Below, in pieces: positions 13,636-25,462 of a DNA stretch of 64,000 bases. The stretch comes from Raja brachyura. Its lineage: Eukaryota. Below the pieces are notes generated by a model that was not told where the DNA came from, did not search any database, and saw only the letters and a list, made by a program, of their open reading frames with translations. Made by a program: the position numbers and the translations under genes. The DNA lies in assembly GCA_963514005.1 (NCBI GenBank), contig OY740809.1, forward strand, positions 20,708,001-20,772,000, in the 5' to 3' direction. Within the stretch, counting starts at the first letter, position 1. Each line of letters begins with the position of its first letter.

Positions 13636-14445
13636 GATACAATACAATATAATGGAACTTTATTTTTCCGTTAGGAACTTTGGTTTCTGCAGCCATACAA
13701 CAGGAAGAAACAATTTTACAAGACACACAACCAACTCAATTCACACAGACATCCATCACAGTGAATCTCCTCCTCACTGTGATGGAAGGCAAAGTCTTGT
13801 CTCTCCCCTGCTCTCCATCCTCTCCCGATGTTAAAGCTCCTGCGGGCGATTGTAAGTCCCGCGGCCGTTAAGGCTGCGCTGGCGATGTAAGGCCATGCTT
13901 CGGATCTTAATGTTGGAGCCCACGTCGGGCGATGGCAAGCCCCGCGGCCGTTAAAGCCGCGCCAGGCGAGGACAGGTCCCGCTCCGGGCCATTTTCAGCC
14001 CCGCAACTTGGGCGGGAGAAGCTGCCACCGCAGGAGCTCCGAAAAGCGGTTTCCCACCAAGGACCCGCAAGCTCACCATCCACAGGCCCGCAGCTGGAGC
14101 TTCCGAAGCTCTGAAGTCTGGTCGCAGCCGGGCGCCACCACAGCTCCCCACACTCCGAGGCCGGCCAGCCCTACAATGGTAAGTCCGCAGGCTCTGCGAC
14201 TGGAGCCCCCAGGTCATTCCGGCTGGAGGCCGCCCCATGGTGCTAGGCCCCAACGACAACGGAGACTCAACAGGGGAAAAGGTCTGGTCTCCCGTGCAGG
14301 GAATAGATTAAAAGTTTTCCCCCCAGCCCCCCACATATACACAGTTCAAAACAATATAAAAACCACAACAAACTACACATTAAACTAGACAAAATAAAAA
14401 AGGACAGACGGACTGCAGGGGCCGCTGCTGCGAAGCGCCACCCAC
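13636..14445 (-). mobile_element. GC-rich non-coding retroelement (family A, copy 1)
   Basis: Simple (tattg)-type tail at the left, a GC-rich body and a 5' end ggtggcgc. Shares a hairpin block with 15385-16060 and 31465-32292. Confidence 0.7.
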
Positions 14446-14860
14446 GTATAATATGTAAACAAGGTAATGTGGCCAATGAGTGAATGGACACAGCTGGAGA
14501 ATGAGAATATTGATCAAGAACCAAAGAGTTGTAGAATGCAGAGCTGGAGGACAGGCTCGGTGTGTCAGGCCAGACTGAGCCAAAAGGAAGGGAGGGGATG
14601 GGGACGCAGGCCGAGCTAATATTACAGTTGGATGACTGAGAAAGCGAGTTGTCTGACATTGTACAGTTCAATACTAAGTCCAAAAGGCTTCAACATGTCC
14701 AGTGCATTAAATGAGGTTTACATACTTAAACCTGTGTGGGGCTTTGCTGCCACAATGTAGGAGGTTCAAGCCTGCTGGGTGGGAGTGGGATGGAGAAACA
14801 AAGTGGCAGGCAATGAGGAGCACTGAGTTGCCTCTGTGGGACTGAGGGCAGGTGTTGTGC

Positions 14861-14984
14861 AAAGGGTCTCGACCCAAAACGCCACCCATTCCTTCTCTCC
14901 AGAGATGCTGCCTGTCCCGCTGAATTACTGCAACTTTTTGTGTATCTTCGATTTAAACCAGCATCTGCAGTTCCTTCCTACACA
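14861..14984 (+). repeat. Penelope-type hammerhead repeat, 5'-truncated
   Basis: agggtctcgacccaaaacgccacccattccttctctccagagatgctgcc...cagcatctgcagttccttcctacac. Confidence 0.85.
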
Positions 14985-15384
14985 ACCGATATGTTTGCTT
15001 TTTTTTCAAATCTAGAGGACACAGCATTGTAAATACTAAATGCAGTACACTGGATTGGAAGAAGTGCAGGTGAATTGCTGCTTCACCTGGAAAGACTGGT
15101 TCCCTTGGTGGTGGGAAGGGAAGGGGTGAAAGCTTTTATTTGTTTTGGTGGTCTCCGGTTTGAAATATTGACTCTTTCTCTCTGCCTGACCTGAGTATTT
15201 CCTGCCTTTTCTGTTTGCTAGGTTTTCTATATCTGCAGTATTTTTCATCCTCTCAAGCTCTTTTGTTTTATCTGCTTTGCACTATCGTTGCCAGAATCAG
15301 GAACGAAATGGGGGGGTGGCTGGAAGATTCGGGGAAACGATCAAGAAATATAATCTTGGCCTAGCGTGGCAATTTCCAAACCTA

Positions 15385-16060
15385 GTTCAAGTTCACATTT
15401 ATTGTCACATGCACCAATTAAGGTACAGTGATATTTGAGTTACCATACAGCCATACAAGTTTTTTAAAAAAGAACGCAATACACAATAATTTTAACATAA
15501 ACATCCACCACAGTGGAATCAACATTCCTCACTGTGATGGAAGGCAATAAAGTTCAGTCATCTTCCTCCTTTGATCACCCGTGGTGGTCCCTCACCACTG
15601 CCTCTGCCGATGGCCCGATGTCCTCTCGTCCTCTCGTTGGGATGATGGAGACGCTGGCGTCGGGATGGAACCGAAACACTCCGCCTCACGGTGTTAAAGT
15701 CCACAAGCCACGCAGTCAGAGCACTTCCACGGCAATCCTCGGCAAAGGATCGCCAGCTCCGCGATGGTAAGACCGCGTCGTGTTTGCGGCTTGAAGCTCC
15801 AGGCCGGTCTCCAGGAAAAGCCGCACCAATCCAGTTGTTAGGCCGCAGGGAGGGGACGGAGACGTGACCCGGTGAAAGATCACAGCTCCGTCGAGGTAAG
15901 TGAGTGAAAACGGTTTTCCCCTATTTTCCCCCCCCCCCCTCCTCACCCGCACATAAAAACATACTGAGAAAATTAAAACATTTTTGATACACTAAAAATA
16001 ACAAAAAAATCCAATATAACACACAGGCTGCTGGCGAGGCTGCCATCTCGGCGCCACCCG
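15385..16060 (-). mobile_element. GC-rich non-coding retroelement (family A, copy 2)
   Basis: acatccaccacagtg...cactgtgatggaaggc hairpin block; 5' end ggtggcgccgagatggcagcctcgccagcag. Confidence 0.7.
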
Positions 16061-16589
16061 ATGACGTATGTTATTTAATTTCATGGCTATCTGATGAGGT
16101 TGTGAACATTAATTCGCAACATTCTGGAATGATAATTAAAGGCTGGGAACAAAGTAAAGCTAAAATCTAACTACTGCATTTGGCAACAATTTTTAAATAA
16201 ATTATTTCATAAATCACACTTTAAGTAAAACTATGCATTGACCTCTACCATTAAGCTATCACTAAGTAGTTTATAACATTACTATTCTAGTACTCGCGTG
16301 TTGACTTGAATCCGATCGCAGTAGTTTGAGATGTAAGTAAATCTAAAATAAAAAGCAGGTCACTTGATGTTCACTATTACTGATGTGGTAGTTATGGGAA
16401 GAAATCACCTCATCCTAGCCCATCAGGGCCTATTTGTAATTCAAATCTGTAGTAAGTAATGATTCTTGCCCACCTTTTGCAATTTTTATTTTGTCTTGCC
16501 CTTTTTATGGCCTGGCGCTCTGATATTCTGCTCGCATAGTCCATGCCAGTCTCTGGAGTCCTGTAATCTGTTCTCTCCATCTCCCCCAT

Positions 16590-16790
16590 CATTCTCCTCT
16601 CACGCAATTGCACTTGAGACAATTTAGAACAGCCGGCCAGCCAACCAACTAGGTCGTGTGACGTAGGAGGAAAAAGGAGCAGCAGAGGGGAAATCCGTGC
16701 AGCCACAAGAATAATGTGCAAACTTTGCATGAACAGCAGCATAAATCAGGATTGGTTGTAACTTTAATCTCTGTGCTACCCGATGAACTC
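16590..16790 (-). mobile_element. Old tRNA-derived SINE remnant
   Basis: Degenerate similarity to the SINE at 57037-57343. Confidence 0.45.
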
Positions 16791-17359
16791 AATAAACGAC
16801 TTGATTATATCAAGTAGTTCATATAATGATTAAAACAATATGTACTGCCCAGCATCCATGTAAGCCCAGGATTTGGTGTCAACAGAAAGTTGCTCCAGTC
16901 CTATACTCTGCAGTGTCATCATGATTTGCATCTGGGAGAACTATTCCAAAGTTTAAATTGCTCAATTATGCCATAATGGCACTTATTGTGGATAATATTT
17001 CAGTCTACTCCATCAATATCTCTAGATGTGTGCGAGTGTCCTTTTGGCAGATCGGCCACACCAGCAAAGGGGACAAAATTATATGTGTCCATTGGGTTTG
17101 CTCCTGGAAATTCTAATAATTAATTCTACACTCGGGAATCTCTTGGCTTTGGTGCTTATGTTTATCCTGAAGACGAGGTTAAGCTGAAGACCAGCAGGTT
17201 CCGCCATGCTGACTCGACCAAAACTCCAGCATAAATTCAAGAACAAGGGCAAAGCTGGGGTTGATTTTTTTTTTGGCTATGTTTTTGGGACAAAGTTATA
17301 GAAATTCCTCCACCATTGTAGGGACATCTTTGTTCCTGTCATGAATATAAGTAAATTAG

Positions 17360-17525
17360 ATACACTGTATTGGAGTAACGAGGTGGCTCTTCAGACTGGA
17401 GAAGGGTTCCAATCTGGAGCATCACCTATTCATGTTCTCTAAAGATGCGAACTGACGAGCCTAGTTACTCCAGCGCCATTTGTCTTTCTTTTGTAAACCA
17501 ACATCTGCAGCTCTTTGTGTCTCCA
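17360..17525. repeat. Degenerate inverted-pair Penelope-type repeat
   Basis: tggagtaac...cttcagact/gaagggttcc...gttactccagc...catctgcag. Confidence 0.6.
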
Positions 17526-18861
17526 TTAAGTAAATGAGTATTGATCCTTCATATCTAATGATTTTCTGGAAACTTTCATTTTATAGTTGTCATCAAAATT
17601 CAGTTTATTGCATAATAGAATTTTTTTTGTGTTTGATATTGGAATTGTCCTTTCAAGTAGATCTGCAGCAGAATACTACCATCAATAGTTCATTGGAAGT
17701 TATGGCATTTTGATTAGTTTGCCAATGCGTTATACTGTAGTTGCTATCCATTCCGTTTGGCATCTGTGACCGTGTAGTTTATAGCTATGTTCGAAGTGCA
17801 ATCGAAAGCTTAATTAATTGAAAAAGCTATTCCAGTTAACTGTGAACATTATTGAATCAAAGGCAAGTGAACAATTTATACCAAAATTACATTAGACAAG
17901 CAGTTACAGCTCACGGGTCATAACATGTCACGCCACCACATGAGGAATTTAGTCTCCCTAACTCGTTACATTGCAAGAATGTTTTGGCATGCTGATACAT
18001 CCCCCCCCCTCCTTCCTGGTATATCTTATCATGAACAGCTGTAGCAAACAATAAAAGGCAGTTCCTAGATGGCGTTCTTGGTAATTATAGATCCATATGA
18101 AAAAGACCATATTCTGCAAAGTGTATTATCTCCTTGCCTGTTTTTACATTTTGTTTAAAGGTTTGTGAATATCATTGAATATTGCTGTCACTTTGAGGTG
18201 AAATTTATCAAAAATGTAGTTGACAATTGCATCACACTGTAACCAAAAGTCTGGCTCCATTAAATTTTTGAGGTTTAGCTATCTATTTTTATCCATCCCA
18301 AAGTGCCAGGCAAATCTAAAGCCTTCAGTTACAAGACTTTCCGTTGAATGCTAATATCTGTGAATATTATACGTAAGTTCAATAGCATTAGATGGGCAGT
18401 ATGGGGAAGGTTTATGGAGAATTTTAGCTACTTTTAATAGAAAATTGCAGTAAATCTGCAATGTAGATGTTAAATAGTGGTTTCAGAGAGGTGGCTACTG
18501 AAATGTATTTCTCAGTTTTGGTAACCCTGCTATAAGGAAGTACATTTCTTGCTGTTTTTCAAGTAGGGCTGATTTTGTTTGGTTCTGCTAATAGCACTCA
18601 TTTATAAGCTTTTATATGCTTTTAAGGAGGCTCCAAAAATTAAGCTGGTTCTTTTGATGCGTTTGTTAGTCAGCATGTAAACATTTTAAAAGTTTGCTTT
18701 TAAATTACTTGGACAAAACTATTCAATTTTGAATTGTTCAAATTGGGTTCCTTTTGGTGGTCTCAGCATTGAGATTAAAATGCTAATGAAATTCTTGATG
18801 GGTGATTGTAAAATGGCTGTGGTGCAGTGCTTTGAACTCTCATCCATTATTTTATTCATAT

Positions 18862-18975
18862 TGTGTAGGTATGCTGGTTTAAATCAAAAGTAGGCACAAA
18901 ATGCTGGAGTAACTCAGCGGGACAAGCAGCATCTCTGGAGAAAAGGAATGGGTGATGTTTCTGGTCGAGACCTTT
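18862..18975 (-). repeat. Penelope-type hammerhead repeat
   Basis: Reverse complement of the 14861-14984 family. Confidence 0.85.
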
Positions 18976-19430
18976 ATTTATATTATGAGACGGATATTAC
19001 ATTCCCAGCACTTCTCACCCATGTGCGAACAATTGTATCATGTGAAAATCTATGCGTACAATTTGTATATTGGTCATTGATTTTATTCAGTAAATTAATC
19101 ACACAGATTTACTTTTCTGAATCATTTGTATTTTACCAGTTGCTTGTTTGGTACTTTTATTTATAATTACTTAATTGACAACAGTTTTCTAGCATACCAT
19201 AGCGTAGTACCATATTTCAGGACCCTCTACCTATCAGGATAATATGACATGGGCAATATGAGAGATATTGTCCATTTTGCGATTATGCATCATGTTGTAT
19301 GTGACAGTGATGTGTACGTCTCAAGTTTTGGTTTTATAAAAGATGATTATGAATTATGAATAATGTATAAGGTGTAATGGTGAAACTTTTAGTTGAACTG
19401 GATATCGAGATTAATTATTTATATTTAAGT

Positions 19431-19580
19431 TGTGGAAAAAGGAACTGCCGATGCTAATTTAAACCAAAGATTGACACAAAAAGCCGGAGTCTGAAGAAGG
19501 GTCTCGACCCGAAACGTCACCATTCCTTCTCTCCAGTGATGCTGCCTGTCCCGCTGAGTTAATCCAGCTTTTTGTGTATA
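19431..19580. repeat. Inverted-pair Penelope-type repeat
   Basis: Left arm ggaactgccgatgct...acacaaaaagccggagt is inverted to the right arm ...tccagctttttgtgt. Confidence 0.85.
19491..19518 (+). ncRNA. Minimal type I hammerhead ribozyme core
   Basis: CTGAAGA-A-GGGT-CTCG-ACCC-GAAA-CG-TC: CUGANGA box, stem II, GAAA box, palindromic ACGU stem III and UC site. Stem I is weak. Confidence 0.65.
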
Positions 19581-19652
19581 TGTTTAAGTTAACTTACAGG
19601 CCGTGCAATTGATATTTTTCCATTAATACAATTTAACCTGTCCTTCGTTCAT

Positions 19653-19782
19653 CTTCTTCTTTTGTGTGCACAGCCTAAAGTTGTAGGACAACTTGTTCTA
19701 TTTGATCTTCTGTGTGTGCACGTCGAGTTGATTGCATTAGTCGAACAGGGCAGACCACGTGAAGGTTGCAGTCTTCCACCCC
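19653..19782 (-). mobile_element. Approximately 130-bp SINE-like retroposon headed by an HDV-like ribozyme
   Basis: 15-bp imperfect TSD ctgtccttcgttcat (19638-19652) / ctgtcctttgttgat (19783-19797); (AAG)n tail; no tRNA A/B boxes seen. Confidence 0.8.
19730..19782 (-). ncRNA. HDV-like (CPEB3-type) ribozyme fold with minimal P4
   Basis: Minus strand: P1 GGGGUGG, J1/2 AA, P2 GACUGCA, P3 ACC, L3 UUCACGU, P3' GGU, P1' CUGCCCU, GU, UCGA, J4/2 CUAA, P2' UGCAAUC. Confidence 0.75.
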
Positions 19783-20257
19783 CTGTCCTTTGTTGATGTT
19801 AAAAGACTTGCTCCTTAAATATCTCCGTTCTTTTGCGATCCCTTTCATTGAATCAAATCTGGGCTGGGTTGTCTTTTTAAGCACTAGGTGTCTTGTCAGC
19901 AAAAGTTGACAATTGATTTCATAGCACTGTGCTCATCTTTAGCTCATCTGGCTCTGTGAGATGAAAATTGAAAGGTGAACTCTTTGAACCATTTCATGTT
20001 GATGGTTTGGACTTCAGAACTACACTGTGGCTCTGTGGCTAATTTACCGTTCCGGTATAGGGGGTCCAATGTTCCGATATTCCCTACTATATTCAAGTCA
20101 TGGGATTGCCATACAATATCATAAATAGTGTCAGACAAGTAAGTGGTGCGTGGGAAGACTCAGAACATCTCCATCCTCGAAGATGGGAGTCGGCATGTAG
20201 TTGCTGAAAGACTGAAACACTTGTTTTGGCCAAAAGTGCCAGGTATATAATTCATCT

Positions 20258-20384
20258 AGAAGAAGGGTCTCGACCCGAAACGTCACCTATTTCCTTTGCT
20301 CCATATATGCTGCCTCACCCACTGAGTTTCTCCAGCATTTCGGTCTGCCTTCGATTTTCCAGCATCTGCAGTTCCTTCTTAAAC
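20258..20384 (+). repeat. Penelope-type hammerhead repeat with TSD
   Basis: gaagaagggtctcgacccgaaacgtc core; TSD aggtatataattcatct (20241-20257) / agatatatcattcatct (20385-20401). Confidence 0.85.
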
Positions 20385-22184
20385 AGATATATCATTCATC
20401 TCTGCTTCCTCTGTCATCTTGCAAGCCAGTCTAAAATAAAGTCCGTTGACTCTGACATCAGGAAATGGCAGAGAGGACTAGAATCACAGGGGCCAGAAAA
20501 TCAGAGATCATCACAGCTGTAAATCTGAAGGCCGATGCACTAGGACCAACAATGCCTCTATCCAATTTATTCCAGTGCTGCAAGATTGGCATCAATGTGC
20601 CAATATGACAAATTACCCAGGTGTTCAGAAAATATAGGACAATTCAATGTGACCAATTTTCACCCAACTAGTTACTCGTATCCATAAGAAAATGTGTCAT
20701 CAGTAGTGTTTTCAAGCAGCCTGTACCTTGTGCAAGATTTGCTGGAATTATTCACCCAGACTAATCCAATATCATCTCCCAACCCTACAATCTCTGTCAG
20801 GATGACCCAATATAGTGCGTCTCTAATTCATGAGGAATGGTTTCAAACCACTAATTGTTTGAACAAACGTATCTCTGATCTAAAGGTCAATTTCCATCTT
20901 GGTATCCATCAGGCTCTGACTACTGAATGGATTTTAAAACTTTGTTCTTTGAATTTAAATGCAACACTGCACAATAAGACGCATCTAAATCCTTTCGTGG
21001 GAAACGCTTGGATCCTGGAACATTGCCCGGTCCTTTCATTTTTGCTACTTTCCTGTAATAGACTGCTAACCAAAGCTAACGTGGTCACATTTCTTTATCT
21101 TCAATTTGGAATTAACAGTGCATTATTGCATCAATTTCACTGGATTGATTTTCTGTCATGTAAAATTCAAATTTCTGAATTTAAAAAAATATTATTTCCT
21201 GTGATGCCAACACTATGGACAACAGCGCATCGAAGTGTACAATCTTGTGCAAATCCTATTCAAATAAATAACTGGAACAACTGTAGCTACAATTATTGGT
21301 GTAAAAATCGGAAAATTACCCCATTCACAATGTAGTTTTGGCTTTACACATAAGAGAGGCGTTTGTAGCCTGCAAATCTTAAGGCTGCTTAATATGCCTG
21401 ACATATATAGATATTGTGAACACTTTGCTTTTGTACGGTATGTAACTAAAAATACTAGTGTATCTTCAAGTGATGTCTTTAATTTGTTTACTATACTTGG
21501 CAATTCAGTTACAAACTATTTGAGAGCAGTAAGGGTGTTGGATCTTCAAGGTGGGACAATATGATAAGTGCAAGAAGGGTGGGTGCAGTTTATTGCACAC
21601 ATCAATACCAGCAGGACGTATTAAAAAGGATCTCTTCTTGGTCCAGGCTGCTGTTTTCTACCAACAAATGAGGGAAAAGTTGCAGAATAAAACCCGCCTT
21701 TTGAAAATAAAACCGAAAATGGAATTAAAAACAAGCTTAACGTTCCCATCCACTGCAAATTAAGACAGTTTCTCCTTTTTCTTCTGTTGCAGTATTTCAA
21801 ATGAGAAAAACAAGTTTTCTTATTTCCAGCCCACAATCGTTCGCTTTGAATTCCTTTGGTGCCTGACGAGAATGTAGATACAGCAAGAGAAAGTGCCAGG
21901 GTTCCCTGCCCAGTCACGCTTGCAGCATTGAGTATGTTGACTGTGAAAACCATCAGTCACAGGATGATTAATTGCTTTTAAAATGTTATATATTTTATTT
22001 CCTCAAGGAAATTTTTATATTGGTTCAGATTGGTGGGTCTGTGAAAGAGAATTAAGTTGCAGCACTAAACACAGAAACATGACAATTTCACATTCAGGAA
22101 GTTCTGGGAAGCTTTCTGAGAAAGAAATGATAAGACTCATGCCACTTGGAGATGAGGTCCCTTGACCCCATGTTTAAAAGATTT

Positions 22185-22755
22185 GAAGCATCTTACAGAC
22201 ACTTGAAAGCGCACACCACCAGGCTCTGGGACTGTTTCTTCCCTTCTGTTGAAACAAGGAACTGCAGATGCTGGTTTACAAAAAAAGACGTCACAAAGTG
22301 CTGGACAAGCCATCTGCCTATCAAAACCCCCCTCACCTCTATCAATCTATTACCTATTCGGCTTTGCCCTGTCCCCCTTTCTTTCCCTCGCCTACGAACA
22401 GTCTGCAGAAGGGCCCCGACCTGAAATGCCATCCATCTATGTTCTCAAGAGATGCTGGTTACTCCAGCACTTTGTGTCTCTTCTACCCCTCTGTTATCAG
22501 GCTTCTGATCCGCCCTTCCATAAACTAGGACACTTTCCAATTCACTTCTACCTCATTGGGGACGTTAGATTTTATCTCTGGAGCTTTTGCACTACAATGC
22601 TGAGAATTATATTCTGCACGCTGTACCTTTCCGTTTGCCCTACCTACTGTACTTGAGGTAGGCTTGAGAGTACTTATGTATGTTATTATCTGATTTGATT
22701 GGATAGCATGTAAAACAAAACATTTCACCGTACCTCTACATGTGACAATAATATG
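22185..22755 (+). mobile_element. Rex1/Babar-type LINE 3' fragment interrupted by a Penelope-type inverted repeat (about 22251-22485)
   Basis: RHLKAHTTRLWDCFFPSV resumes after the insert as PSVIRLL; the 3' tail ends catgtgacaataat. Confidence 0.75.
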
Positions 22756-24637
22756 CCAAGATTGGAGAGAAACTTCATTACGCTGTAAGGGAAGTATGCT
22801 CGAAGATTCCTTTAATTTCAGGTTGCTTTTAAAATGAATGTACTAGAATTATTGCACACACTTCCCAGATATCATACATGGATAACCAAACTATGTCCAA
22901 AGGTAACCCCTCCAGACCACCTTGCCCTGTGAGCAGCACATTGTCCTTGCTTGAATGACTTTTTCCTGAATGACTACCTTGGGTATATCCCCTTTTTATT
23001 GCATACTTGATTCACTGTGACCACCAGGCTCATCCTTGAGAACCTGAAAGTTTTTGCTTCTAAATACGGGGATTCTGTCTGCCTTAATTGGCAACTAGCA
23101 ATATAGTCACCCATTTGCATACAGGAAAAATTAATTAACGTAGTGATGAATAAATCTGAATACATGGTGGTTGCAGCCCAGGTGACTCATTTTGAGACGT
23201 GTCTCATGGAACACATAAAATAGCCGGAGGACAAAAGTCTTGGGTTCTGTCACTGCCCCCTTTCTGCTCTGTCGCTAATTTGTGCTCTTGGTTCAGCAGC
23301 ACTGGTTTCTACTTGTATTACAAGCCAAGCTGCAAAATAGCAATAGGTTGCTCAGTCTTTGCTGCTGAACTCCAATGGCACTGATGCAGAGAGCCCGAGA
23401 TGATAATATGCACTGACTTGTATGATTTTTTTTTTTTTAAATGAACGTTTCTCAAACTGCACTTTCACTTTTTACCTTCAAATGTATGTCATTAAGTAGT
23501 GTCAGCAAGCTGGTTCTCAAGCTTGGGGCCAGGACCTCCGACAACTATTTTTGTTATTACAGTGGTTGTATTAAAGCACCCGAGTTGATCAACATGCCAT
23601 GTCGGGAGTGTAAAGAACAGATGTTGATGCTAGTTGGTGCTGGGCAAGGTAAATTGTGCAGATTGGAGTGTCACTTATAAGAGAATTGAGCTTTTCCTGC
23701 TTGTCAGCTGTTGACTGTTTTTCCCCATAATTGCTTCCTGCCCATTTTTCAACTATAGATTCAAAGCCATAAAAAAAAAACATATGCCTGGGCCTTTAGC
23801 TGGACATGCAAACTGTTCATGACCTTGGGCTGCACATCATTATGGAAAACAAGGAGTCATCAACCAACTTCAGCCTAAATCAATTGGTGTCACATGTTCA
23901 ACATCGATCTCCTGATAGTAGAACGTTATTTTTTTTTAAAACTGCTGACGTTTCTTTGTCCCTTGATGATGCTATCCATGTCTCTAAATAGTTGTTTGTG
24001 GTACATAGATAGGAAAGGTCTGTTTCCGTGCTGTATGAAGCAATTACTCTCTGACTTTGGAATTTGTGTAGGTTCTGAGATCCAAGCTCCAAGTCCACAT
24101 TGGATCAGTCACTGAGTTTAAAAAAGTATGGGCCTTGTACTATACAACTGAAAGATGCAGGTCCTATACTGATCTGCCTCTGTTGTGCACACACACATTC
24201 CAGACAGTTGCCACCCTCCACTGACTATGTAATTAAAATCCACAGTAAGATTCCGAAAATTAATTATTTTTCATTATCGTGAACTTCCTCCGAAGCAGAC
24301 CTTTTGAAATGTGTCGCTGCCTCTAGTGCACTTGCATAGCCTTTGGCCATCTGAGGAAAAGTGTGTTCAAAGACAAAAGCTCAAAACTTGTGTCAAGTTC
24401 AAGGTCCAGAGATCAGCACTCATCTCTGCTCTGTCACTACCACATCCTCCCAATTCATTTGGAGGTAAGATGAACTGATGTCAGCATCCTAGGTCAACAT
24501 CCAAAGCATGGAGACTCCAATTAAATTTAATCAGCCTCTTGGACAAGTCACAACAACATGCCATATGCCAGACTCATGATGCGTATATTTTGCCCTGTGT
24601 TGCAGATCAAAAGATTTCCGGGGTGAAGTGCAAACAC

Positions 24638-24735
24638 TTCAGTCTGAAGAAAGGTCGTGATCCCCAAAGGTCACCATCCGGGTTGTCCAGAGATGCTGGC
24701 AGGCCCGTGGAATTACTCCCGCATGTGTGTACCCT
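24638..24735 (+). repeat. Degenerate Penelope-type hammerhead repeat
   Basis: cagtctgaagaaaggtc...ccagagatgctg. Confidence 0.6.
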
Positions 24736-24907
24736 TTTGAGTCAAGGTTTTGTTGCGCAAAGTTGTTTTTCTGACTGGAGGCCTACAGTACTGTGGTATT
24801 AGGCTCATGGAGGGGGTTAAGTCATCGGATTCCTGCTTTTTCCACCTTGGTTGCTCAGTGAGCAAGATAAAGATTCTCAATTTTGGATGAAACATACTTC
24901 CGTGAGA

Positions 24908-25210
24908 CATTGATCTCGTTGAGGTGTGTAAAATCATGAGAGGAATAGATTGGGTAGATGCACAGAGTCTCTTGCCCAGAGTACGTGAATCGAGGCCCAG
25001 AGGACATAGGTTTAAGGTGGAGGGGAAAAGATTTAATAGGAAACTGAGGGGGAACCTTTTCACAATAAGGGTGGTGGGTGTATGGAACAAACTGCCAGAG
25101 GAGGTGGTTGAGGCAGGGACTATCCCAACATTTAAGAAACAGTTAGACAGGTACATGGATAGGAAAGGTTTGGAGAGATATGGACCAAGCGCAGGCAGGT
25201 GGGACTAATG
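24908..25210 (+). mobile_element. CR1-like LINE 3' fragment
   Basis: ORF 24924-25208 KIMRGID...PRGHRFKV...LFTIRVVGVWNKLPEEVV...FKKQLDRYM. Confidence 0.9.
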
Positions 25211-25229
25211 TTCAGGTTACAGTTGCATA

Positions 25230-25462
25230 AAACCTTGCATGTATCTACCTATCGCATGCCAGGCTTTGTCCTGCTCCCACCTCACTTTCTACCTTTCCCT
25301 CCCCCCCCCCCCCCCCCCCCCCCGCCCTACAATGTCTGAAGAAGGGTCCTGACCCAAAACATGGTCTATCCTTTTCCCCCAGAAAAGCTATCTTACTCGG
25401 TGACTTACTCCAGCACTTGTGTTTTATTCAAGATTCCAGCATCTGCAGTTATTTGTGTCTTA
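25230..25462 (+). repeat. Penelope-type 3' UTR plus hammerhead repeat
   Basis: Poly-C followed by tctgaagaagggtcctgacccaaaac...ttccagcatctgcagtt. Confidence 0.75.

Larger units (their letters stand above)
13478..15245 (-). mobile_element. Decayed Penelope-like element with GIY-YIG endonuclease remnant and inverted terminal repeats, interrupted by two insertions
   Basis: Minus-strand peptides GNQSFQVKQQFTCTSSNPVYCI (to 15036), LIACHFVSPSHSH...GLNLLHCGSKA (about 14720-14820) and LDMLKPFGLSIELYNVR (about 14652-14706) resemble the Penelope GIY-YIG domain. Degenerate terminal repeats at about 13480-13570 and 15170-15245 are in opposite orientation. Confidence 0.75.

Noticed and set aside
13932-14388. 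Cluster of overlapping GC-rich ORFs
   Set aside because: They lie inside a GC-rich repeat; stop-codon depletion explains them and the peptides are not conserved between copies.
19431-19797. Hammerhead and HDV-like motifs within about 300 bp as one composite system
   Set aside because: They are on opposite strands, the HDV element has its own TSD, and hammerhead repeats are dense enough for proximity by chance.
20694-21335. Longest ORF in the track (213 aa)
   Set aside because: No recognisable domain, non-ATG start and AT-rich composition; consistent with a chance ORF.
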